Below are positions 18,202 through 27,247 of a DNA stretch of 64,000 bases, piece after piece. Positions within the stretch are counted from its first letter, which is position 1. Each line of letters opens with the position of its first letter. The notes under the pieces are model-generated. The model saw only the letters and a program-made list of their open reading frames with translations, made no database searches and had not been told where the DNA came from. A program made the position numbers and the translations under genes. The DNA comes from Chloroflexia bacterium (GTDB taxonomy: Bacteria > Chloroflexota > Chloroflexia > Chloroheliales > Chloroheliaceae), in NCBI GenBank assembly GCA_038322625.1, contig JBBQGA010000015.1:60339-124338 (forward strand). Reading direction: 5' to 3'.

Positions 18202-20049
18202 ATGTGTATATTTATGAAAGGAATTAATTTTATGTCCATGACTTATCCAGCCAAACCTTATACCCAACAGCTGGGAATGGCTTTTGTGCTTGTATTTACT
18301 ATGCTATTTATCGTATTAGGACAAACTATTGGACAAGTCCAGGCCGCCGGGCTAACTATTCGGAATGTGGCTCCTGCAACCACCGACCCTAATATAAATA
18401 ATTGGCTAAATGATCACATGGTTTATCTCGACCAATCCGTCGCGAGTAACCACCAATTATTTCTTTATTTAGGCGGTGGTAATAGCAAACCGAGCAACAC
18501 GACCTATATTCTCAAGCAAGCCGCCGCAGATGGCTACTATGCCATTAACCTGATGTACCCCAATACTCAAGAGCCTAATCCCCTATGTGGCAATGACCCA
18601 ACCACCGATTGTTTCGGCAAGCTGCGTATGGATATTCTGGACGGAGGTGGGCGTTTTCTAAACGGGAGCAATGGTACGGTTGAAGTTACGCCGGCTAACT
18701 CAATCTACAACCGTTTAACCAGGTTGTTGGACTATCTCAATAATACCTATCCTACCGAGGGTTGGGGACAATTCCTTGCTAATAACACTCCCGACTGGTC
18801 TAAAATCAGTTTAGCGGGTCATTCTCAGGGGGGTAATAACATTGCCGTGATTGCCAAAGAGAATGTAGTAGCACGGGTTGCCATGTTTGCGGCTCCTGAC
18901 GATTATTATCATCGCAATCAGCCGGATGCCCGCATTGCTAACTGGATCACCACTGGACACGTTACCCCAACTGAGCGTTACTTTGGCTTTATAAGTGATA
19001 AGCAGGGTAATTCTTCTAACGTATATAATGTTTGGAGCGCGCTGGGTATGCAAGGAGCAGTAGTCAACGTGGATACCACCAGCCCCCCCTATAATAACAG
19101 CCAGAGGTTAATGACGACGCATGAAAGTGCCCAGGCCGGGGAATATCATGGGAGTGTGGTGGTTGACCGTAATACGCCCCTTAATGCGGATGGCACGCCT
19201 GTTTTTGCCCCAGTTTGGCAGTATGTGGCCTTTGACCCTATTCATGCTAGCGTGAACCCATTTGCCGACCCCGCTTTTTATGCGGTTTGGCTTCGTACTG
19301 ACAAACCGGTTGCGGATAATGCAGTTTCCAGAAGTTGGTTATGGGGGCCGCAGCCTTTTGCTACAGTAGTAGAAGAGTATGCCGAAGGGGTTAGTGGTAC
19401 GCGGCTAGTGCAGTATTTTGACAAGAGCCGGATGGAACTAACCAATCCCGCTGGTGACAAAACCAGTCCTTACTATGTCACTAATGGTCTGTTAGCAGCA
19501 GAAATGATGAAAGGACAGTTGCAAATCGGTAACAATACTTTTGTCGACCGCGCTCCTGCCGAAATCGGCGTAGCAGGAGACCCTGATGACATGGGCGGTG
19601 CTACTTATGCGACACTGGGTAAAGTAATGGGAGCTACTTCGGTTTTGGTTGGTACACCTATTACAACCACTCTTGACCGGGCAGGCAACACCGCGCAAAA
19701 TCCTGCTCTGGCAGCCAAAAACGTGACAGCGGCTTACTCGGTAGCAGACACTAACCATACCATTGCAAAACCCTTCTGGGATTTTCTAAATTCTCAAGGT
19801 TTAGTTTACGATAACAATGGTCAATCTCAAACGGCAGCAATCTTCTCTCCCACTTTTTATGCCACTGGCTTCCCACTCACTGAAGCTTATTGGACAACCG
19901 TAAAGGTCGGCGGAATATATAAAGATGTGCTGGTACAAGCTTTTGAGCGACGAATTCTCACTTATACCCCAGGTAATCCAGCTGGTTTTCAAGTAGAGAT
20001 GGGTAATGTTGGCCGTCATTACTATTCATGGAGGTACAACATTAAATAA
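18202..20049 (+). CDS. secreted alpha/beta-hydrolase-like protein with the same C-terminal module as 9840..11513
   Basis: Signal peptide. Nucleophile elbow LAGHSQGG. The C-terminal ~255 aa align with the CAP protein (e.g. VKVGGIYKDVLVQAFERRILTYTPGNPAGFQVEMGNVGRHYYSWRY). Confidence 0.7.
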   Translation: MCIFMKGINFMSMTYPAKPYTQQLGMAFVLVFTMLFIVLGQTIGQVQAAGLTIRNVAPATTDPNINNWLNDHMVYLDQSVASNHQLFLYLGGGNSKPSNTTYILKQAAADGYYAINLMYPNTQEPNPLCGNDPTTDCFGKLRMDILDGGGRFLNGSNGTVEVTPANSIYNRLTRLLDYLNNTYPTEGWGQFLANNTPDWSKISLAGHSQGGNNIAVIAKENVVARVAMFAAPDDYYHRNQPDARIANWITTGHVTPTERYFGFISDKQGNSSNVYNVWSALGMQGAVVNVDTTSPPYNNSQRLMTTHESAQAGEYHGSVVVDRNTPLNADGTPVFAPVWQYVAFDPIHASVNPFADPAFYAVWLRTDKPVADNAVSRSWLWGPQPFATVVEEYAEGVSGTRLVQYFDKSRMELTNPAGDKTSPYYVTNGLLAAEMMKGQLQIGNNTFVDRAPAEIGVAGDPDDMGGATYATLGKVMGATSVLVGTPITTTLDRAGNTAQNPALAAKNVTAAYSVADTNHTIAKPFWDFLNSQGLVYDNNGQSQTAAIFSPTFYATGFPLTEAYWTTVKVGGIYKDVLVQAFERRILTYTPGNPAGFQVEMGNVGRHYYSWRYNIK

Positions 20050-20058
20050 TAAGATAAT

Positions 20059-20214
20059 GTAACTACTCAGACCCTACCTCAGGGCGGGGAAAAGAAGAAG
20101 AAAAGAGAGTGTACAGGGGCACCCAGCGGGTACCCGCCTGTATTACTCCCCCGCATGGGCTACGCCCCCAGTACCCCCGCTTCGATCCTTTACAGTGGTT
20201 TGGTGTGTAGTTAC
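20059..20214 (+). mobile_element. MITE-like repeat, copy 2 (shorter, internal deletion)
   Basis: Starts 10 nt after the stop of 18202..20049. Termini are GTAACTAC...GTAGTTAC. It shares blocks with copy 3: GGGGAAAAGAAGAAGAAAAGAG, ACAGGGGCACCCA and GCTTCGATCCTTTAC. Confidence 0.7.
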
Positions 20215-20298
20215 AATATTTTTTTAACAATAACCCGCTTCAACTGGATGACGAATTGATTGGTTCAAGGCAACTCAAAAACTTTTGAGGGAAACAAG

Positions 20299-20472
20299 AT
20301 GCAAGTGGTGTTTGAGCGGTGTTGCGGAATTGATGTACATAAGAAGATGGTGGTAGCCTGTGTGATGGTGGTCGGTGCCAGTGGTAAGCTGAGTAAGCAA
20401 ATACATAGTTTTAGCACTATGACGGCTGACCTTTTAGAGCTGGCAGACTGGCTTCTTGAACAGGCAGGATGA
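20299..20472 (+). pseudogene. N-terminal fragment of an IS110-family transposase
   Basis: MQVVFERCCGIDVHKKMVVACV... is the DEDD N-terminal signature. It is truncated after ~57 aa. Confidence 0.65.
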
Positions 20473-20520
20473 AGAAGGATGCAAATCTACGCCCGTCAGG
20501 GTTTTTGGTTCAACGTCTTT

Positions 20521-21411
20521 TCAGGTCAGCGCGAAGATGATCGGTTTCTTTTCATCTTGCAGAAGAAGTTTGATTACCGGTTCCACCAGACAAAAGGCCC
20601 GGATAATCAAGATCGCATCATCGACCGAGCCATCCGATTTCCCGACAAAGTTTAGATTGTTCCGTATCTGGAAGCAGTGCCATTTTAAGACGCTGCGATA
20701 TTTCTCAGCACTGAAATCGCTGTCCGGGTCAATCGGCTGCCCGGCACTATCCCGCGCTTTCACCACCCAGGTATTGGTCTGGCTGACTGGTTGCCAATCA
20801 CAACTGGCGGTCTGATTTTCGGTTATTTCGACGACCCCCTGCAAGAAAGCGTCCATATCGGTCAGCGTCTGGTCGTAACCCACTCCGTAAATCTCCTTGA
20901 GTTCCCGGCTGCTGCGGTTAACCATCCGGTTTAGACCGCTATTCACCGGTTCGCCGTTACGCAAAAGAGTTATTTTTGCCAGATCGATGTCGGTGAGGAT
21001 CGGCGAATGTAGCACCCGCTCGATTTTGGTGCGTTCTTCTTCCAGGGTATCGTGTTCGGGGCCATCGGTTGCAAAAGCGGTATAGGAGGCCGCCGTATAA
21101 ATGTGATTAAAGGCTTCCCACAGGATCGAGTACGCTATAAAAAGCTGGACATTGCGGTTAGCCAGCGCAAACGGGGCTTTATGCGCCACCATTTTTTGAT
21201 TCTGCACGCCCAGGCTATCGTAAATATAAATGGCCGACTTATAATATTCGTTAGCCGTAACCCAATACTGGCGGCGGATTTCGTCCAGATTGGCCTTCTG
21301 GTCGAGCGGGGCGGCCTGACCTAACCAGTGCTTTTGGGCAGTGGCGCGAACCCGTTCTTTGATCGTGCGGGTTACAGGGGTCTTATTGGAATTGGTTGTC
21401 GCATCAGACAT
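20521..21411 (-). CDS. hypothetical protein (296 aa)
   Basis: Long ORF with no overlapping alternative and no motif I can assign with confidence. The C-terminal QIRNNLNFVGKS is reminiscent of a degenerate HEPN Rx4-6H motif. Confidence 0.5.
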   Translation of the reverse strand: MSDATTNSNKTPVTRTIKERVRATAQKHWLGQAAPLDQKANLDEIRRQYWVTANEYYKSAIYIYDSLGVQNQKMVAHKAPFALANRNVQLFIAYSILWEAFNHIYTAASYTAFATDGPEHDTLEEERTKIERVLHSPILTDIDLAKITLLRNGEPVNSGLNRMVNRSSRELKEIYGVGYDQTLTDMDAFLQGVVEITENQTASCDWQPVSQTNTWVVKARDSAGQPIDPDSDFSAEKYRSVLKWHCFQIRNNLNFVGKSDGSVDDAILIIRAFCLVEPVIKLLLQDEKKPIIFALT

Positions 21412-21436
21412 TTAGGAAATACTCCACACTGATCTT

Positions 21437-22444
21437 CTAATGGTGCAAAACTTGCGCCAGAAAGCCGAGGGCGATAATTGCCGCCAGAATCACCAGGATA
21501 AGCAAGGCAATTTGCCATACCACCAGCCCCAGCGGATTATCTTCGTTTGCCCGACCCGTCCGGCGGGGGGCGTGTAGTTCGACTTCCTCGCGTTCGGCTT
21601 TAAGGGCTGCTACATCGATTTTGTCGGGTTGTTCCAGTGCCCCGGCAAAGGCTTCCATGCTGGACCAGCGGTTGACCGGTTCGCGCCGGATCGCCTTCAT
21701 AATGACTTCTTCCAGGTCCGTCGAAATATGTTTGTTAAAACGATGCAAAGGCGGAGGATACAAGGTCACGTGCTGATTCATAATAACCAGCGCGTTATCG
21801 CCCTGGAAAGGCGGTCGCCCGGCCAGAAATTCATAAACCATTATACCCAGGGCGTAAATATCGGTGCGGACATCTCCCCGACTGCCTTTGACCTGTTCGG
21901 GAGCCATATAATCCGGCGTACCGATCTGTGAGGATAAACGGCCCCAGGTTATGCGTCGGGCACCCTCGACAAAAGCGATCCCGAAATCCATTACTTTTGC
22001 CTGGCCTTCGGCTGTAACAATAATATTTTCCGGCTTCAGGTCACGGTGAAAGACGTGGTTCGCGTGGGCGTACCCCAACGCTCTGGCGATCTGAACCCCC
22101 AGCGCAACCGCTTTTGCAGATGGAAGGAGGGCTTCTTTATCCAGCAATTCGCGCAGGGTGCAACCTTTTACATACTCCAGCACCAGGTAGGGGTTCATTT
22201 TTTCACCGGCTACCTCGTAAAGTTTCTGGATATTAGGATGGTTGAGCAAAGTTCCAATTTTAATTTCACGGGTGAACCGTTCATAACTGGCCGGGTCGCC
22301 CATCAGATTGTCGTGTGGAAATTTTAATACCACCTCGCGCTGGTTTTTCTCATCGCGGGCAAGAAAAACCTCGCTCATGCCTCCACTACCGAGTTTATTT
22401 AACAAAACGTACTGGTCGATCTGGCCGCCAACTTGTAAATTCAT
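21437..22444 (-). CDS. Hanks-type serine/threonine protein kinase, C-terminal TM anchor
   Basis: GSGGMSEV glycine loop, VLK lysine, HRDLKPENI, DFG and APE motifs. C-terminal hydrophobic helix. Confidence 0.9.
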   Translation of the reverse strand: MNLQVGGQIDQYVLLNKLGSGGMSEVFLARDEKNQREVVLKFPHDNLMGDPASYERFTREIKIGTLLNHPNIQKLYEVAGEKMNPYLVLEYVKGCTLRELLDKEALLPSAKAVALGVQIARALGYAHANHVFHRDLKPENIIVTAEGQAKVMDFGIAFVEGARRITWGRLSSQIGTPDYMAPEQVKGSRGDVRTDIYALGIMVYEFLAGRPPFQGDNALVIMNQHVTLYPPPLHRFNKHISTDLEEVIMKAIRREPVNRWSSMEAFAGALEQPDKIDVAALKAEREEVELHAPRRTGRANEDNPLGLVVWQIALLILVILAAIIALGFLAQVLHH

Positions 22445-22630
22445 TTCTTCTTTTACTCTATTAGACCGGTGCTATTGAGTTATTGCGGCGGTCTGCTTGC
22501 TATGCCTGGTTTTTAGTCTTTTTTGCTGATCCGGGCGAAAATCCTGAACGTTAAACCACCTGCCTGGCCCAGTGCCGGATTTGCCCCGATATTATAAGCC
22601 TATTATACCTTTAAACTCAAAATGATGTTG

Positions 22631-23440
22631 CTACGCTCCCAAAAAGCGCAAAGTCCGCTTCAACAAGCCATTTTTGGCCGGTTCGGACGGCTCACCCAAT
22701 TTGCGCAATTTTATTACTTGAACCGAAATGTTGTCGGAGGCTCCCTGCTCCAGAGCCTGTCGGATCAGACAGCGGCAGGCATCTTCCGGGGTGTTCCGGC
22801 TGACAGCACTCAGGATTTCGTTATCTTCGACCGGTTCCCACAACCCATCGGTACACATCACAAAAATATCGTCTACCAGGAGCGGTTCGACCCTGAAATC
22901 GGCCTGGATCAGCAACTCACTGCCCAGGCTCCGGGTAATTACATTGCGGCGCGGGTGATGGCGAGCTTCTTCCGGGGTAATCAGGCGCATCCTCATAAGC
23001 TCGCCGACCTCGGAGTGGTCGTTGGTAAGCTGGCGAATCTCGCCCTGGCGGATTCGATATATGCGGCTATCCCCGATATGACCGATAATGGCTTCCTGAC
23101 CGACCAGGCTCAGGGCCGACAAGGTTGTTTCCATCCGGCGGTATTCCGGCCTGGAATGACCCATGTCACAAACCTTTAAATTGGCATAATTAAAGCTTTC
23201 TTTGAGGGCACGGTCCGGTTTGCGGTTAATCTGGTAGTAACGTTCGATGAGGTGCTGGCTGGCTTGCTGGCTGGCAACCTCACCGGCCCGGTTGCCGCCC
23301 ACACCATCGGCTATCACAAAAAGACAACCCTTACTATCCCCAATTTCGGGGTCTTCCGGGCTGTAAAATGCCATAAAATCTTCATTGTTTTCGCGCTCCG
23401 GACCCTGGTCGCTCAACCGGGCGTGTTCAAGTTCAAGCAT
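22631..23440 (-). CDS. PP2C-family serine/threonine phosphatase
   Basis: NEDF, ADGVGG, DGLW and DNIS motifs. Lies upstream of, and co-oriented with, the kinase gene. Confidence 0.9.
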   Translation of the reverse strand: MLELEHARLSDQGPERENNEDFMAFYSPEDPEIGDSKGCLFVIADGVGGNRAGEVASQQASQHLIERYYQINRKPDRALKESFNYANLKVCDMGHSRPEYRRMETTLSALSLVGQEAIIGHIGDSRIYRIRQGEIRQLTNDHSEVGELMRMRLITPEEARHHPRRNVITRSLGSELLIQADFRVEPLLVDDIFVMCTDGLWEPVEDNEILSAVSRNTPEDACRCLIRQALEQGASDNISVQVIKLRKLGEPSEPAKNGLLKRTLRFLGA

Positions 23441-23649
23441 GAGTGATTTGAGATTTCAGCCTATCCAGGTTTGCTACCCTGTCTACATTATTAGCGTTCC
23501 CGGATTTTGTTATAGAGCCGGGAACCCTGTGAATGGCGAGAACACCTCGCCATGTATTACACAAACAAATTTTATCACTTTTATGAAAGTGATAAACCGG
23601 CCTGAACTTCTAATAATTCAGACCTGTATACTTACTTATTCGGGAAAAC

Positions 23650-25299
23650 TTAGGCCTGGGAAATCGCTTCCTCTTTTTTGTAGTTTTCCGGGTGGATCAA
23701 GTTCCGACCGTTGCGGGCATTGTTGATAACCAGGTAAACTATGCTCAGGATAGCCCAACCGGCAGCAAAGCCAATGGCGATCAAACCTTCGGTCGAGCTA
23801 TTGCCCCCAGCAGCGAAAGCCAAATAGAAGATGGTGGCGATCATCAGGATGTTGGCAATCAGGCCCAGCACTGGAATTACTACGTGTAAAAAGATGTTGC
23901 GATCTGGCCGACCGGCGAAGGCAATGATAGTCCAGACGCAAATCAGGCTGTAGAGGATAAAGGTACCCAGGTTGCTGGCAATCCCAATGCCGGTCTGCGC
24001 CACCACACTGATAACCCCAATCGCGCCGATGACGGCGGACACCGCGACCAAAATCCAGGTTCCGGCGACCGGTGTAGCGAACCGCCCGTGCATCAGACCC
24101 ATAATTTCAGGCATTTCTTTGTCTTTCGCCATCGCGTAGCTAACCCGGACCCCCGTATTGATGCAGGAAAGGGTGGTGCCCAGGATAGCCAGGGCGACCG
24201 TAATAGCCATCGTAACGGCCAGACCAAAACCCAGTCCGCCCAGAAGACTATCGCCCATCAAACGCATTAGATCGCCGATAGGGGCCTGCGATTGAGCGGC
24301 AGCGGCTATCCCTTGATAGGTCACAGCCTTACCGGTAGCGTCCGTTCCGGCATAGGTCAGTTTGTCCGATAGGGCCATATTAGCCGCAAAATACTCCAGC
24401 AAATAGGCGAACAAACCCTGAATAATCAGCGAGTACAAAACGCCACGTGGTACGCTGTGCTTGGGGTCTTTGGCATCCGAGCCAAGCGCGGTGCAGCTTT
24501 CAAAACCCACCAAAATCAAGATCGCTATAGTGGATTGGAACAACACGCTCGTCAGCGAGTGAGGGACAATCACCGAACTTGCCCCGGCGTGGCCGACCTG
24601 TGAACCGTCACTACCAGTTACAAAGTTAGCTTTATCCGGGTTGACAATTCGGTAGACAATCGCCACCACAGAGAAGAACACCAGCGTTACGAGTTGGATT
24701 ACATTTACAATCCAACTGGTCAGGGTTGAGCCACTGATACCGCGCATCGCTATCAGGCCCACCAAACCGCAGAAAGCAACTGCCACTATAACGTTAACAA
24801 AGAGTGGCAAACCGGGATTACCATTGCCGTCGGTAGCCCCAAACAAACCGGCAATATAGCTGATCAAAATTGCCATAAAGGTGACCATTACACCGGGATA
24901 AACCCAGTAAAACAGGTGAGCGGCCCAACCGGTTACCAGCTTGGAAATACGCGCCCAGCGGTAGTGTTTATGCTCCTCTTTGTCCATAAAGGTTTTTTCG
25001 GCAAAGTAGTAGGAACTGCCATAACCGGCTTCAGGGTAAATTTTAGCCATCTGCGAGTAAGAAATAGCAGTCAGAAAGGCCAGGATCAAAGCAAATACGA
25101 TACCCTGCCACATATCGAACCCGGTGGTAACACCGTCCGGCCCGGATTGAGCAGCCTGAAGTTGGAAAGTAATCCACAAAAAGGCCCCTGGGGCAATCAG
25201 GGCCATCGCGTTAATTGTCACCCCGGTTACACCGAGCGTCTTTTTGGGTCCTGTATCTGTTCCATGTAAAGAAACTATATTTTCGGTAGGCGCACTCAT
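23650..25299 (-). CDS. APC-superfamily amino acid/amine permease
   Basis: About 12-14 TM helices. The start at 25299 (MSAPTEN) follows GGGAGGA. Confidence 0.75.
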   Translation of the reverse strand: MSAPTENIVSLHGTDTGPKKTLGVTGVTINAMALIAPGAFLWITFQLQAAQSGPDGVTTGFDMWQGIVFALILAFLTAISYSQMAKIYPEAGYGSSYYFAEKTFMDKEEHKHYRWARISKLVTGWAAHLFYWVYPGVMVTFMAILISYIAGLFGATDGNGNPGLPLFVNVIVAVAFCGLVGLIAMRGISGSTLTSWIVNVIQLVTLVFFSVVAIVYRIVNPDKANFVTGSDGSQVGHAGASSVIVPHSLTSVLFQSTIAILILVGFESCTALGSDAKDPKHSVPRGVLYSLIIQGLFAYLLEYFAANMALSDKLTYAGTDATGKAVTYQGIAAAAQSQAPIGDLMRLMGDSLLGGLGFGLAVTMAITVALAILGTTLSCINTGVRVSYAMAKDKEMPEIMGLMHGRFATPVAGTWILVAVSAVIGAIGVISVVAQTGIGIASNLGTFILYSLICVWTIIAFAGRPDRNIFLHVVIPVLGLIANILMIATIFYLAFAAGGNSSTEGLIAIGFAAGWAILSIVYLVINNARNGRNLIHPENYKKEEAISQA

Positions 25300-25503
25300 T
25301 TCGTATCCTCCCAATTAGTCCAACCCCTGACCCGGCAAATTACATCTGGTTTGCCCAAAATTGGTCTTTTGTAGTTTAGGCCGGGGTTTGGTTGAATCCT
25401 CTTGTATTTTCTGGCTTACCTCTTATAAGGTAATTGCGGTATCAAACTCTGCAAGCAATATTTGTAACAATCTTTTGAGAAGTAATGATAGTGAATTTTT
25501 ACA

Positions 25504-25517
25504 TTTTGTGCAAAAAG
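25504..25517. promoter_or_regulatory. TTTTGTGCAAAAAG box upstream of the permease gene, identical to the box at 29349
   Basis: Exact 14-nt match to the first 14 nt of the repeat at 29349..29369. Confidence 0.35.
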
Positions 25518-25650
25518 ATGCAATATATTAGCTGAACAATTTGTAACCCCTATTTATTGGGCAATTTGTACATACTCTGCCTGCAAACATTACCTGCCTC
25601 ATTGGGCAGTTAGCCTAGATAAAACCTTTTTGCTCAACAGACCCTATAAA

Positions 25651-25705
25651 ACTCTTTTCTTTTCCACTCTCTGAAGCGGGGTTAGGGGTGGGGTCTGCAC
25701 AGCTA
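25651..25705 (-). repeat. possible degenerate fragment of the MITE-like repeat
   Basis: CTCTTTTCTTTTCCACTCTCTGAAGCGGGGTTAGGGGTGGGGTCTG resembles the TTCTTCTTTTCCCCACACTCTGGAGTGCCTGGGGAGGGGTCCGGGGTGGAGCCTG part of copy 1. Confidence 0.3.
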
Positions 25706-25711
25706 TAATTT

Positions 25712-25756
25712 TTAATAAAAATCGCCCACCTCTGATAAAACTAGGAGAGGTGGGCG
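25712..25756 (-). terminator. intrinsic terminator of the 25789..27192 permease gene
   Basis: Perfect 11-bp stem CGCCCACCTCT / AGAGGTGGGCG. On the minus strand it is followed by ATTTTTATTAAAAATT. Confidence 0.7.
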
Positions 25757-25788
25757 AGTGGGTTATTCTCTAAAGAAACTGGCAAAGT

Positions 25789-27192
25789 CTATGGGAGAGG
25801 TTCGGTGAGCGGTTCCGACCCCCGGCGGCTAGACCACAGGACCCAGCCCAGTCCGACAGCCATGTAGGCCAGGAACAGGTAAGGCAGCAGGTTATACGGC
25901 TCGACTGGAACCGGGTAAATGCTGCCGATCAGGGGCACTGCCATAACCAGAACCGCCAATACGGAAACAATGACGTGCCAGGTTTTTAATTCATTACGGC
26001 TTTTTAGGTACAAGGGCGCGGCCACCGCGATCAGGATGTAAGCTATAATAAAGCCGTAAGTAGCAATCGTTCCGGTATAGCCGTAAGCGTCCAGTAAAGC
26101 CACGCCAAACAGGCTAAAGAGAGCCGGGACAATCAATAGCGAAGCAGCCGAGATGGCCGCCGCAATGTGGGGTGTTTCGTTTGTAGTGTGCGTACTCCCC
26201 ATCGAGGTGTGAATAATACCGTCCCGGCCCATTGAAAAAAGAATGCGGGACACGGCATTGACACAGGCCAGGGCACAGGCAAAAAAGCTGATCATGGCTC
26301 CAATTGAGGTTAAGGTCCCAAAAATTGAAACGCCCTGGATTTCCGCCAGGTCGGTCAGTGGGGCCGAACTTTTGTCGAGCGGGCTTTTGTAACCGGCAAA
26401 ACCGGATACTTCAACATACGACATAAGGATAAAAAAGAGGCCGACCAGTACCGTACTGCCGACTACGGCTCTCGGAATATTAGTCAGCGGCTTTTTAGCT
26501 TCTGCGCCCAGGGTAGTCGCGCTTTCAAACCCGACATAGCTAAACACAGCCAGCACCAGGCCCAGGCGTAAGCCGTCGAAGGAAACGCCATCCAGCGTGA
26601 ATTGGCTTGAATCAAAGCTAAAACCCTTGCCAAATAGCACTATCGCGCTCAGGATCAAAATCACACTTACCGAGAGTAATTCGAGCGTAAGCATAAGTTT
26701 TGAGGAAAGTTGAATATCCTTGTAGGCAAAAAACCAGACCAGACCCGCCGCAACCAGGTATAACAGGTAGGTAGGCAAGGTAAAACCCAGTTTACTGAGC
26801 AGGTCGTTCGCAAAGATCGTAAAACCAAAAACCACCGCGATCCCGGTCGCTAGGTAAGCCAGGATTAACCCCCAGCCGGAAACAAAGCCGACCGTCTTGC
26901 CCAGACCCCTGGTGGTATAAGCATACAGTGAACCGGGAGTGGCCGACCGTTGGGCAAACTGATTGATACAAAGTCCGACTAGCACCAGCCCGACCGTCGC
27001 AAACAGATATGTCAGCCAGGTTCCTTTTCCAGCACTGGCAAACACCAGGGGAATCGTCAGGGCCGGTGTAGCGGTCGGCGCAATATTGGCAAACGACTGA
27101 GCAATCGTTTCCAGGAAAGGTAAAGCATCGTGGCGTAATCCTGCCGTAGCGTGTGATGCCGCCTTTGTTTCCATTTTTTCTGCTTCTATCAC
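25789..27192 (-). CDS. APC-family amino acid/amine permease
   Basis: 12-TM profile. GTG start 8 nt after AAGGAG. Directly downstream of the amine oxidase gene. Confidence 0.8.
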   Translation of the reverse strand: MIEAEKMETKAASHATAGLRHDALPFLETIAQSFANIAPTATPALTIPLVFASAGKGTWLTYLFATVGLVLVGLCINQFAQRSATPGSLYAYTTRGLGKTVGFVSGWGLILAYLATGIAVVFGFTIFANDLLSKLGFTLPTYLLYLVAAGLVWFFAYKDIQLSSKLMLTLELLSVSVILILSAIVLFGKGFSFDSSQFTLDGVSFDGLRLGLVLAVFSYVGFESATTLGAEAKKPLTNIPRAVVGSTVLVGLFFILMSYVEVSGFAGYKSPLDKSSAPLTDLAEIQGVSIFGTLTSIGAMISFFACALACVNAVSRILFSMGRDGIIHTSMGSTHTTNETPHIAAAISAASLLIVPALFSLFGVALLDAYGYTGTIATYGFIIAYILIAVAAPLYLKSRNELKTWHVIVSVLAVLVMAVPLIGSIYPVPVEPYNLLPYLFLAYMAVGLGWVLWSSRRGSEPLTEPLP

Positions 27193-27247
27193 CTTTTTTT
27201 CTCCTTATATCTCCCTTATATCTCCTTGATCCTTTAGCCGGTTCTAA

